From NCBI GenBank assembly GCA_028023455.1, contig JAQFVV010000011.1:806001-870000 (forward strand): 64,000 bases of DNA. Reading direction: 5' to 3'. The stretch is from Epiperipatus broadwayi. Lineage: Eukaryota; Animalia; Onychophora. The notes under the pieces are model-generated. The model was not told the origin of the DNA. It did no database searches and saw only the letters and a list, made by a program, of their open reading frames with translations. The position numbers were made by a program, and so were the translations under genes. Positions 38,907 to 51,783 of the stretch are shown piece after piece. Numbering within the stretch: position 1 is the first letter of the stretch; the number at the start of each line of letters is the position of its first letter.

Positions 38907-39007
38907 TTTTTTTTAAAGTGTCATAGCATCGGCCGGGACGCGAACCCGCAACCCGGGCAACTGCCTGCAAAGCAGTCACGCTGACCTCTCAACCACAAAT
39001 GCAAGAC
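38907..39007 (-). mobile_element. tRNA-Gly-derived SINE, insertion subtype (TGC)
   Basis: 15-bp TSD tacttaatgtaagtt at 38892-38906 and 39008-39022. Confidence 0.9.
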
Positions 39008-39184
39008 TACTTAATGTAAGTTAATTTTAATTTTGCATTTTATTAGCACTTATAATTTATCACCTATATAACAACAGATATAATGGCTGGAAATAAAAAT
39101 TAAGGTTGTTAAATTTTGAATTACAAGTGTCGAACTTACTTCACCCACAACTTTGACACCATCCCCTCTATATATATACAGTAA

Positions 39185-39375
39185 TGATTATCATTAATCA
39201 TTTATTGAACTAGAGATTATTTCTAGCCCAGATATAAACTTTAAACCTCGGTTAAAGATTAATATATCTGATTTTTTAAAATTGAAATATACACATGGAA
39301 TTTCACATTTGTCTTCTCACATGTAATATCGTATTTAAATCTATTAAACAACTTCCATGCCATCATACATTCTTT
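39185..39375. repeat. Family D dispersed repeat (also 49955-50165; partial inverse at ~8705-8740)
   Basis: cagatataaactttaaacctc...aaagattaatatatctgatttt is shared. Confidence 0.75.
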
Positions 39376-39689
39376 TCAAATCTTATGAATAAAGAGATTA
39401 TTCAATCCTACCAAAAGAGCAAGTTTGATTTGAAAGTTAACGATTATACATGTCCAAGTATTAAAAGAAGTTCTAGAAAGGACCAATAAGTGTGAGACAT
39501 TATATTTGTAGACTATAAATTGGAATTTGATATTTTAAGCACTTCAGCAATATTTAAAGCTTATAAAAACATTTCAAATTCTGAAGAATATTTACTAAAT
39601 ACAACAGCAGCTAAGAAAACGATGACAAAATAATTCCATCAGTTCTTAACTTTTTACATCAATTAATGAGAAGCAAAGAGAATAAAATA

Positions 39690-40340
39690 TATGATGATTA
39701 CTTAATTCATCTGCACTTTGATGTTTAATATAATCATCACTAATAATGTTTTAGGAATGCAAAGACGTTACAAGAGCCATCAGCTGAAAACAAGAAAGTA
39801 GGGCTAGAAATAAATACAAAAAAGACCAAAGTAACACATGATAAATGTTTCAAAAAATTAGAAAAAAAAAGATTGATAGCAATGAATTAGAAAAAGTTAG
39901 TCTATAAATATACTGGTTAAATTGTTAAGACTGATGAAAACATAATGGATGAAATTAACAATGAAGTCATATTTGGGTGGATTCCTTTTAATAAAAATAA
40001 CTTAAAGGGAAATAAATGTATTTTATTTATGGATCCAACTCATGTATATTTAATACAGAGACTTCAAATGTTATTGTGAAGTATGAAAAGATGATTGCCA
40101 AAAATAAAATACATGAGGGAGGGAACAAAAAGTTATTTCTGACATCACTGAAAGTATCAAGATCCTGAAATGGAGTATGGATGAACATATCACTAGAAGA
40201 GATGATAATAGATGGTCAACTCATATCTTAAGACAAATCTTAAAAGATTGTGAGAAACCTAGAAGATCATATGTAAGATTGATGAATGGGATAAATACCT
40301 TTGGTGAAGGGACCTGAAGATTAGAAGTCATGGATCTAAA
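39690..40340 (+). mobile_element. Heavily decayed RTE LINE RT fragment
   Basis: KKVGLEINTKKTKV and colinearity with the 610-aa ORF C-terminal half. Confidence 0.7.
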
Positions 40341-40577
40341 ATTCAAGAAGATATTTATATTCTGCAGTGAAATGATAATGTTTAGAAATGATATTATTAT
40401 ATATATATAACTTTCAATTCTAAAAATCAATTCCATCCATCTATCCTTTCTTTGTTTTTCAAATTTCTGATCAAAGATAATTTTACATGAATAGGTAACA
40501 TAGTACTATATTAAAAAAAAAACATATATGGCTTTATTGCTTGGGATTCATAAGAAGTTCAAGAGCCAGATCTGCAA

Positions 40578-40825
40578 GGGCCAGAATCGATCCTAGGATC
40601 CTCGATTTCAAGTCAGAAACTCTACCAACTACATCAAACCATGCAGGGCACATAGTATTATGATTCAGTGAGACAATTGAGCATGAGTGGAAGTTTGCCC
40701 CCAGAATTGATCCTAGAATATCCCGATCTCAAGTCGGAAGCTCTAACAACTACACCAAAACATGCAGGGCACATAGTACTATGATTGGGAGAGACATTTG
40801 AGCATGGTCAGTGGAAGTTTGCCAT
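40578..40825 (-). repeat. Two tandem ~120-bp units, each with a tRNA-like head
   Basis: A-box-like tggtgtagttg, a loop ctgacttgaaatc / ccgacttgagatcgg, and B-box-like ggatcgattc; tRNA-Arg-like layout. Confidence 0.6.
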
Positions 40826-40899
40826 AATTTACTATCATTAGGGCAATTCACCATAGCTATATCATAAATATTATTGATGTTTAGACATACATCATAAAT

Positions 40900-41402
40900 T
40901 ACTAAAATCCATCTTAATAAAGCAAAAGGAAATATGCCTATGTGTTTGAAAAGGAAAGTTTTTAATAAATGTGTTTTGCCAGTTCTTACTTATGGATCTG
41001 AGACTTGGACACTTAATAGAAGAGCAATACAGAGACTTCAGTCCACTCAAAGAAGTATGGAGAGATGCATGTTGGGAGTAACAAGAAGAGATCGAAAACA
41101 CAATGTATGGGTAAGAGAACAAACAGGTGTTACTGATCTCATTAAAAAAATTAAGACTGAAGTGGAGTTGGGTTGGACATATTGCTAGAAGAGATGATAA
41201 TAGATGGACAATTGAAATTTTAAACTGGATTCTAAGAGATTGTAAAAGACTCAGAAAGAGACCACATGTGAGATGGATGGATGAAATAAGAAAGTGTGCA
41301 GGGGTGGTGTGGAGAAGAGAAGCTAAAGATCGGAAAAGATGGATTGAACTTGGAGAGACCTTCATCCTGCAGTGGATTGATAATGGGTGATGATGATGAT
41401 GA
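40900..41402 (+). mobile_element. RTE LINE 3' fragment of the same family as the 28.5-30.5 kb copy, one frameshift
   Basis: ORFs 40934-41188 and 41127-41390 are near-identical to the 610-aa C-terminus; (GAT)n tail. Confidence 0.92.
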
Positions 41403-42455
41403 ATTATTCCTTACAAACTACATAAGTAATATATCTTTATTTAACTGATTATATATATATTTAAGTGAAAAAAGAACTAGCGCATATCTCAATATATTAC
41501 TTAATAATTCTATGCATAAAAAGGAAATTCTCATACTTTTAAAGATTTAACATTGGAAGTGGATTGCATATATACAAAATTCTTGGAATTATATTAACAG
41601 ATAGTAATGACACTCCAAAGATATCACATGTTTTAAATTTTCGATTTTTTAAAATCAAATTCCTAAACGACTATAAATGCTGAATGCGACATTTGCTGCG
41701 TGGAGGGGGTGGGGGGTTAAATGCTTCTACTTCTTGAATAAATAATTTTTCAAACACACACACACACACAAATTAGAAAGTAATTTGTTTTAGAAAAAAT
41801 ATGCACATCGTTTTAATAAAAATTTTGATAATTTATAAATTATCAAAAAAAAAAAAAAATCTTATAATGAGCTTTATAATTTAAATTTACGGAGTATAAT
41901 AATAATAAAAAAAATTGAACGTATGTGTGTTAGTTTATATAAAACGAAGATAGGTTTTGACGTAAACGTCAACCTTTTCCCCATGGAAATATTAGAAATT
42001 CGCAATTCATCAAATAAGTAAATATCTGTAAAGGATTTAACTTCACATGTCCATAAATTTAATAAATTGATTCTCAAAATAATATTGAAGAGATTTAGAA
42101 GTAAAAATTAAATCTAAAAATTCGAATGTATTACCCATTAAGATTTATTTATTTGTTCTCGCATTTCAAATTATTTCATTAAATGATTACAATTTGGAGT
42201 TAGAGACATCTTAATGAAATAATTTTCTGGCTACCAATTGTTAACTTTTAACAAAGTTTCGGGCAATGGTTTCCCTTCTTCCCTTTGAGAATTTAAATCA
42301 TGTACAAAAAAAAATAGTGCAACTCATTAAAGTAATAGAATATATATATGTGTGAGTACATTGATTAATTAAATTACCAGGTGCACTTTCAAATATACCT
42401 GAAACCACTGACTTCTTAGCTTGATATTATTACTGACCAAAATAATAAAAAGATT

Positions 42456-42780
42456 TAATATATAGGAGATTTGAATTCAGACTTTCACATGACCCTCAAC
42501 CATCCATGCTATCTCATACCGCTGATACATTTGATCGCATACATGTCGAAAAGATAAATAATCACCAATACACGCATTTCGTACTAATTCAGCACTCACC
42601 AGTTGGTCCAGATTATCATCTCCACACATATAGACATTCAAAGCTCAGCTTATATTATGATAGCCAATCTTCATACTTTAATGGACAGGCTTCAAACCAC
42701 TCCACCCCACAACTCTTCAGCCGTCTATTTCATTGAAAATCTGATGATGGAACGCTCAAAGCCCACATTGGTGCCAACCT
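42456..42780 (-). mobile_element. Family A arm lacking the tail; HHR at 42563-42607 (core CTGGTGA)
   Basis: Matches the other family A arms through ttggtgccaa. Confidence 0.8.
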
Positions 42781-42948
42781 TCTCATCCTACCCATGTTGA
42801 CCACAAGTCACCGTGACCCCTCATGTACAGGACATAATCCATTTACACACACATATGAGGGATGGGCAGTTTCAAGAAGTCAGGGACGATTGTCCCCTTA
42901 CCTTTACGTCTTTTATTCAAGGTAAGTCGGTTTTAAACATTATTTATT

Positions 42949-44869
42949 ATGGAAAGTGATAATATAATCGATAACTCTCAAATTAATGTTAACCCCGATC
43001 TCAGCATTCAACCTAACAATGCAGCCATCGGTCATAAATATTATAGCCTTAGATCTAATCTAAATGCAACTAAACTAACTTCTACTACAAATAAAAACCC
43101 ACAAACCAATAAATCAAATGAAAACACCATCGCAAATATCAACAAAAGTTTAGAAAATATTCAACTTACCCCTAATATAAACAATAGCATAAATATCTCA
43201 TCAAGCGAAACTATTGAAATCCTTAACAATACAAGCAAAAACCAATCATCTCCTATCCGAAGATTTTATGCTCCCGCAGAAGACTCTAATGAGCAATTTT
43301 CTTTGCCCTATAATACCCCGAAAACCATATCTGAAAATAATAGACAAAATTTCCAACAAGATGATATCGGCGAATTTTTTAAAGTTAAAACCTTTCCACC
43401 AGAGGTCGACAAAAACAGCGCTGTCACATTACAGTTTGTCAACAGTAAATTTAAAAATCAAAAAGAAGAAATAAATTTTAAAACTAATAAACCTCATTCC
43501 AAAACAAACAAAGATTATAGCACAGAACAATCCATTGCTACATCAGACAACTTGCAATCTAAACCAATTTCCTCATTTCCAATATTGAAAAATTCCACTA
43601 CGTACGCAAATATCGTAAGGTCTAAAAATTCTGAGAGAATCTCTGAAAATATTAAGGCTGATAATTTCAATGAACTATATTTGAATATCTCAGAATTAGA
43701 CACAGAACAAGAATCAAACACTCTGGAAAATGTCTCATTTAATATAAACGATCTTAATGATGACATGTTCCTCCGAAAATATTAAGGCCGATAATTTCAA
43801 TGAACTATATTTGAATATCTCAGAATTAGACACAGAACAAGAATCAAACACTCTGGAAAATGTCTCATTTAATATAAACGATCTTAATGATGACATGTTC
43901 CTAAAAATAATTAACAAGTTTAACAAAACGATTCCCAACACACTGTATAAATCGTTTACAAACTTCTACAGTGATAAGTCGTTAATCTTAGCCATAACAA
44001 ATCAACAATGTGCGTTATATAAGTTCCCTCTAGAACAATTATACAGTCTAATCAATCAAAATCAATTAGGCAGAGGCATTCACATGATCCTTAATCATCC
44101 CAATGACCGCTATGTTATCGTTGAGTTTAAAACGTGGGCGGACCGTATGAACTTTAAAAATAACTACCGATCTTTGGGAAATTATATACTTTGCTCCATA
44201 GATATGAACCGTCCAGTTACACTATCTGGCAGAATTCAAAACTGCCTTGCCCATTTGAAAGAACAAGAACTACAAGACATCCTTTTTAATTATGGTTCAA
44301 TTAGTAAATTTAAACACCTACTAAACCCTCACTTCGAAGATCAAATTCTGTCCAATACAGTTGTCTTCACACTTACTTTAAAGAAAAACATTATACCCAC
44401 TGACATACCCACCATTATTACTGCAAGAGGCTCTCCTATGGTTTTGACCTTCAGGGGAGTACAGCCACAATGTTTCTTCTGCCTTCAAAGAACACACCTT
44501 ATTAAAGATTGTGCAGCAAGAATATGCATACACTGTGGTATTAAAAAGAATAAAGTTCACAGATGCCCTGGTAGACCTATTAATCCGGCTATCACATCCT
44601 TAAATAAACAATCACCACATGGGACTAATTCAAACAGCAACCTCACAAACCCAGACAATCTGACTCAAATAAATCCTCCAACAAACCCTCTCACATCCAA
44701 ACCTATCTTTCAAAATGAAAATCTTCAAGAAAGAACAAACACCAACCTCTACACTAATAGTAGTGAATCAGAGAACCAAGCAATAACATATACTGCGACT
44801 AAACCAATCTCTCAAACCAATAATACTCAAGATCTTTCATTAGATACATATTGTACTAATCTCGTCTAA
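42949..44869 (+). pseudogene. L1/Tx1-type ORF1 (gag-like; RRM-like region plus CCHC knuckle), frameshifted by a 130-bp duplication
   Basis: ORFs 42949-43785 and 43757-44869. QPQCFFCLQRTHLIKDC then CIHC...HRC, and LFNYGSI...VLTFRGVQPQC. Removing the duplication restores a 596-aa frame. ATTAAA plus A18 at 44943-44970. Confidence 0.8.
43641..43900. repeat. 130-bp tandem duplication (2 differences)
   Basis: Units start at 43641 (ctctgaaaatattaaggctg) and 43771 (ctccgaaaatattaaggccg). Confidence 0.93.
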
Positions 44870-45789
44870 CAACGCTTGACAAAAAGTATAGAGTTTAAAG
44901 CTAGAAGTTTGACAACTGACAAAAAGATAACAACAACAATGAATTAAAACTCAAAAAAAAAAAAAAAAAAGAAAAGATAAATATAATCATACGTTGATTA
45001 TTTGAAATAAATGTTTAACATGCTGAAAGCAACATATGTACATAAAAAAATATTTTAATCCCATGAAACCTTCCCATCATTCATTTCAAAAACGAACTTC
45101 CTTTAACATCAAAGGATGTATTCTGAAATTGGTTTTTAAAGTGAATGAGGAGATGCCTACTTTGTTTGTATATATATATGTCTCATGTTTTTTGTTGAAT
45201 TTCACTTGAAAAGGTCTATTTGTTAATAGATAAAATCATGGTTGTGGAAGAATTTTAACAAAATTTTGTTGTTTGGCTAGTATTATAATATTATATGAAT
45301 TTCTATTTTAAGAGTTCAAATAAATATATTTAATGTTACATCCATCTTATCATCCTAAATTTGAATGAAAATATTTAGTTAGATGAAAATAAAACAGTTC
45401 TCTTGCAAATCTCAAATACAGAAAAGCAGCAAGTTCTATTGAATCTCTATATTAGTTTGAAAGATAGTAGAATTGTTTTAAAAATATATAGATTTCATAT
45501 AGTTGCGCAATCTGATCTTAAGTATGTTTTTATTCTTTCAATTTTATAAAAAAATAAAAAGAACAGAAAAGACAGTTGAAATCCAAATAGGATTATTATT
45601 GTTATCCATTATAGTAAAGATATTTTCAAGAATTTTATAAGAGATTACCAGAGGCTTTAGAAAATGTAGAAGCAATACAGACATAGTAGTCCGGCAATTT
45701 CCAAAGGGGTGTGTGTGTGAAAACAAAGCCATGATTAGGATATTTGACTTACTTGAGATTTGTAATATTTTTGAAATACAAGCATAATT

Positions 45790-46345
45790 CATATACTTGG
45801 AGTTTAAATGTAATATAGGGGATTTGAACACAGACTTTCAAAATCCCTTCTGCTATCAACTATATCTCATATAATCGATGTGTATGTTCACACACATGCA
45901 AAAAAACTCCTATATTCATATTTTGTGCTGAACCAGCACTCATCAGTTGGTCCAGATCATCATTTCCCATGCACACATATATATAACTAGTGCTCAGTTT
46001 ATGTTAAGATAGCAAATTTTCAAACTTTATTGGACAGGCTTCAATCTACTACACACTCCAACTCTTCAGCTATCCATACCATTGAAAATCTGATAATGGT
46101 ATGCCTAAATCCCTTGTTGATGCCAATTCTATAGTTTAACGATTTGCTATCTTAATATAAACCGAGCACTGATTATATATATGTGTGTGGGAAATGATGA
46201 TATGGACTAACAGATTAGTGCTGGTTCAACACAAAATACATATATTGGACATCATTTATCTTTTTCACATGTGCATTGGTTATATGAGATAGAATGGTTG
46301 ATAGCAGAAGGGCTTTTGAAAGTGTGTTCAAATCTCCTATATTAA
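45790..46345. mobile_element. Family A hairpin with the tail on the left
   Basis: Minus arm with HHR at 45909-45951 (CTGATGA intact, G12A); plus arm with a degenerate HHR at ~46206-46249. Confidence 0.85.
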
Positions 46346-47225
46346 TAGAAATTTGTAAAAAAATCTGAAAATAACCAAATATCAACAGAAATTTATTTAT
46401 ATTATCCAGTGGCTACATAAAGATATAAAAGAAAGATTACTGACTGAAGAAAATCTGAAGCTTTTGAAATAAAAATCAGTGTTAAATAAAAATATGTGCT
46501 AGTTCCAATTTTGTTTTGAATTTCATGATAGTAGTTTTTGGAATAATTTATAAATAATTTCGGAAAGCAGGCATTAAGATGCAATTATGGCAATTAATAT
46601 TCATTATAGTATTAACAGAGTTTCCTCTTGTATGAAAACCATGCTTAAATTCAGTAAAAAATCTACCGATAACATTTGATTTCAAAAAATTATTGCAATG
46701 ATTCGGTTTCACTACCACTCAATAACCATGTGAAAAATATGATTAGAAGATTATTTTTATTTAAAAAAGTTAATTCAGCTTTTAGAAGAGAAATAAATTT
46801 GAAAAAAATTATTAACAAAGTATCTTGATGTAGTGAAATATCTTCAATGATGATTCATTGTCCTTCTAAGTATGCAGCTCTTTAGTCTAGCACAAATTGA
46901 ATGATTACCAGATCCTCATACCCAGACTGATTTCTGATTGTTGTCTTTAAAAATAAGAACTTGAGATTTACAGTTGCAACCAACACAATTTGGTATCCGA
47001 CAATCATCTTTAATTCCTTCTTTTTTACAATCAAGTTAAAAGCTTGAATTTTATTCCAGATTTTATCTGTTAAACCATTTCTTGCACTTTCTTATATATG
47101 TGTGCAAAATATTAGAAATGTAATTAAATTAGTTATTATGAGTAAGGGATTGTGACCTAGGCCAATAGAAGAGTGCTGGTTGAGAATGAAATGCATCTCA
47201 GCATGCATTTATCTTTTATAGATAT

Positions 47226-47791
47226 CTTTATGTTTTCCTGAAGGTTTGTGATGATGGTGTTTTAGTTGTATTTATATATTGAACTATTTCCACAATCTAA
47301 TATGAGGATTGAATGTCTTTAGAAAACTTTAACTTTATTTAAATATTTCAAATACATTCAACTGTTAGTAATAGCACACAGGTTAGTATATGCATAATGT
47401 TTTCAAGAGGTATTATGCTTCCCCTCTTCTTCAGGTGTTGCTGGCCTGACCAATGACAGTACTAGCATGGGAATTGAACCTGGACCCTTAGATTCTTGAG
47501 TACTAAATTTTAAGATAATGCTCTAACCAATTGAGCCATCCAGCCTTAAAATTAAATACTAAAGAATCTAAGAATCCAGGTTCGATTCCCATGCTAGTAC
47601 TGTCACTGGTCAGGCCAGCAACACCTGAAGCAGAGGGGAGAATAATATCTCTCGAAATGTTGTTCATATATTAACCTATATGCTATTTTTAACAGTTGAA
47701 TGTATTTGAAATATTTAAATAAAGTTACATTTTTCTAGACATTCAATACCCATATTAGATGATGGAAATAGTCCAATATATAAATACAACT
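47226..47791. mobile_element. Family C asymmetric hairpin
   Basis: Full minus copy 47226-47545 plus an inverted arm 47544-47791 that lacks the terminal 38-bp tail and the first part of the tRNA head. Confidence 0.88.
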
Positions 47792-49611
47792 TTATTCAGA
47801 TGTTTCAAGAATGCGTAATGAAGTTAATATTTTGAGTATATCTAAAAAAATACTACATACGGAAAAAAAAAAAGGAATTATTCCATATAATTATGTTTAA
47901 CTAAAATCAGATTAATTTTTAAATGGATTTAAAATTTATGTAAGGGCTAATCTCTAGTTTATTAATAATCATTAATATATTTATCTGGATCCAATAGGAT
48001 CAGGAGTTGTGGGTGCAGACAGTTTGTTACTTGTAAATCAAATTGTAATAACAGCAGATAATGATACATTGTATTTAAAATACAAGCAGTATATAAAGAA
48101 TCAGTCGCTACTTGTTTATAAAATGTGTTTACAAATTGTTTGTAATATGAATACGTTTATTGATAGATAACGGCATTCAATTAAAAACTGTGAGAGAGAT
48201 TTGAATACAAATGTTTTAAATTATAGAAGTATATAAACAGTATCACACCTTAATTAAAAAAAAAAAAATCCAAGAAATGATTGATTATTGTTAAAACTTT
48301 TGAGTTCATTATTAAAACTTCAAGCATAAATGCAGCATTAAGATTCAGATCATGCCTCGAGCAAATTTATTGAAATGAGTTTGCTTTATTCTAGGAAACT
48401 TCAAATAAAATTGTATAAAGCTGAAGGAGACATGAAATTATTTTTTAAAACTGCATTATGATTGTATATATATATAATAATGAATATAAATTATTATTTT
48501 TAAAAAAAGAAAAATCTTAAAATTATTAAAAACATGATATTTCTGCTAGAAAGCACACTTTGCAACTCCCAAGAGTTACTTGCAAAACAAACAAACAATA
48601 CGGCAAATTATAAAAGATCCTCTCTTATAAATCATTGCTTTTCGCATCCATTATAATTTCTTCTAGTATATAGTGTTTTAGAATAACATAACTAAGTGAT
48701 ATACTTTGAAATCAAATAAAAATATGGTTGTATTTTGGTTAAAAAATACAGATTGAGGACCTTTCAACATCATGAACTTTCTAATCCCAGTAACATTTCA
48801 TTACTTAATGTAAAAATATCAATAAACTAACAAAAATCTTGAAAACATTAACAGTGTATTAATTATTGACTCTTCTGGAAGAAGTTAAAGACAGATAAAA
48901 AAAAAAATACTTATGTATAATCCAGTAAACCAAGGCTGTAAACAGTTTTTTTAATTATACAGTTTCAAGGGCCCTATAAGTATTCATTTATGCTTCTTTT
49001 TTAAATTTTATTTTAAAGAATATATGTTAGTTGTTAAGTTTTATTAATAGATCGATTATAAATAGTGAAGAAGAGATATGTTTTTTTTTATTTACATTTG
49101 TTGCATTTTTAAATTAATAACTTCATTTAATAGAAAAAAAAAATCAACAAATAAAAATGAAAATACAGTATTATAAATAATTTTGCCACAAAATTATCTT
49201 TTTTTAACATAACACTAATAAAAAAAAAAACCCTGGAAATATTAAATAGGATGCTTCTTTTCAGCCATTTGGTTTTAGATATTTATTGTAGGGAACCTGA
49301 AACTGTATAATTAAAAAAATGCTTCTGGCCTAGGTTTACCAGATTATTCACAAGGAGAAACACTGAGTTGTCAACAGACTAAGATAACTCTAATTTACTT
49401 GATGAGGGAGGATAGTTTGCAAATGATGTGGGAGAGTGGAAATAAGGATGCACTGATAAAAACAAAAAGTCTCATAAATGTTGAATTATTCGCTACACCT
49501 TAAATTAGTAAATGTTTTTTAAATAAGATTTAAACTTTATATTTTTTCAAATACATCCAACCATTATCAATAAAACATGGGTCAGTATGGAACACAACAT
49601 TTGGAGTGATA

Positions 49612-49830
49612 TTTTTCCCAGCCTGATCAATGATAGTGTGGATATGGGATTTGAACTTATAATCTTTAGATTCATGAATTCTGAATTTAAGGCAATGCTC
49701 TAAACAATTAAATTATTTTGCCAAAGATTAATGGATTAGAGCATTACTTTAAATTCAGTATTCATGAGTCTAAAGGTGCTATACCAGTTCAATTCTTGTG
49801 TGCAATTTCATTGGTCACTCCAGCAACATA
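49612..49830. mobile_element. Old family C head-to-head palindrome
   Basis: tttagattcatgaattctgaatttaaggcaatgctcta is mirrored by tagagcattactttaaattcagtattcatgagtctaaa. Confidence 0.6.
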
Positions 49831-51495
49831 TAACAAAGAACAGGAGAAAAATATTACTCAAAACATATTCTACTGTTACATTTTGCTTTACAAGTGCCAA
49901 ACTCACTTCCCCCAGAACTTTGATACCATCCACCTCAGATAAATACAGTAATGATTATCACTGATCGTTTACTAAATTGGAGATTATCTCTAGCACAGAT
50001 ATAAACTTTAAACCTCAGATAAAGATTAATATATCTGATTTTTTTAAAATTCGAACATACACACACATGGAATTATTTACCTTTCTCTTTCTTATGTGTA
50101 ATATCTTTATAAATCTATTAAACAATTTTCATGCTTCCATACATTCTTTTTAAAATCATATAAATAATGATACAATAGAACATCAATGGGGGTCATTTGT
50201 CTTTTATTAGATCGCTATTTATATGATTTTAAAAAGAATATGTGGAAGTATTGAGATTGTTTAATATATTTATAAACATACTGTATATTGTGCTCTTACT
50301 AACAGATGAATGTATTTGGAAAAAAATAAATATTTAATTTGTTAAAAACATCTAACAATTCAACTCCAACATATAACTACAAATAAAATGCACCATCACA
50401 ACCCGTCAGACAAAACTAAGTAAACTAAATTTAAAATATTACATGATCATAACAAAGAAAGATTATTTTTTTGAGTTCTGTCGATATTTTATCAATACAT
50501 CAGAATTAAGTAAGACGACAGTTGTTATGATTCAATCTTTTAATTGGAAAAATTGTGTTTTAATGTACAATGTGTCAATTATTAAGAACATGAGAAGCCA
50601 TGGAATGAGACCACCTTTATTTGATCCACAACCAAAAAAAACCATCCAGATGCTACTATAAATGTTTTATTCAAAGGGGAGAAGCAACAGTTCATCAAAA
50701 TATATTATAATAATTATTTACTAACTTTGTCATAAATCAATTTTCAATAGACAATTGCTTGCATCGATTACAACCTCTATAAAAAAAGATTCCAATGCCT
50801 TAGGTATTTGAAAGAAATCAACAAATATTCAGTTTCAGCTATCATAATTTAAATTCTACAGCACATGAATAATACATATTTCAATAAGTAGGTGACGTAT
50901 TGGATCTGTCTCCCATTTGATGAATGCTTTTGCATTAAATTATTACTTCTATCACAATGGCAGTTTGAGATTCTTAAAAAAATGCTTTTAAGAAATCAAC
51001 TAGATATAGAATCTTGCTTATTGAAGATCTGAATAATCTTAAGATTACCTCTCTCCCAAAGATTACAGAAAGAAAGCAACAATCCCCTCCCCTAAAAAAC
51101 TTTAGGAAAAGTAACTACTGCAATAGAAGTTATTCAAAAAAAAATTCAAGTTTTTCTCCAATTTCCTGGTTTTAAGATCGATAATTCACAGACTTAAAAA
51201 TACAAATAGAATACAGTTAATAGAAATGTCTATTATTCAAAAACTTCCTATTATTCAAACAAAATTTCAAAGATGATCGTCAATCTTTTATGTTAAATAA
51301 ATTAGTTCATACACACATTTATAAACAACATTAAAGAGAGGGGGGGGCATCAAAATACTTGTAAATTAATAAGCCTAATTGCATGGGCCATTAATTTATT
51401 TTCCCCCCTTATTTTAGTAAGGTTTGGTTTTACAATAAGGGAATTCTTGAAATCTAAAAATTCACAAAAGCAAAAACCTTGGAAAGAAAGGTTTA

Positions 51496-51783
51496 AAACA
51501 AAGCAAAACTTTCCATACAGTAGTGCCACCCTGTGTCAACCAGAGTAATCAATGGATGCTCTCAGATCCAAGGCTCCTCACTGACAAAGGCCACAAGCCA
51601 GAAACTAGTCTGGGGATATTGGATGAGTAGGCACTAAATAGGGATTTTATGCACAAGCCTTCTGGCATCCATTGATTACTCTGGTTGGCACAGGGTGGCA
51701 CTACTGTATGGAGAGTTTTGCCTTGTTTAATAACAATTATGTGCTAGTATAAGAGATAGTGATCATGTGATGTTTAGTGGTTT
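51496..51783. mobile_element. Family B asymmetric hairpin with tail; HHR at 51576-51615 (CTGACAA)
   Basis: 13-bp TSD aaagaaaggttta at 51483-51495 and 51784-51796. Confidence 0.9.

Noticed and set aside
39185-39375. Family D as a PLE ORF N-terminus (RGLKF-like)
   Set aside because: A five-residue similarity with no HHR or tail architecture at these copies; kept only as a dispersed repeat.
44971-44983. gaaaagataaata after the poly(A), also at 42548-42560, as a TSD for the ORF1 element
   Set aside because: The upstream copy lies inside a family A arm that continues uninterrupted, and the downstream flank does not resume family A sequence, so the geometry does not fit a TSD.
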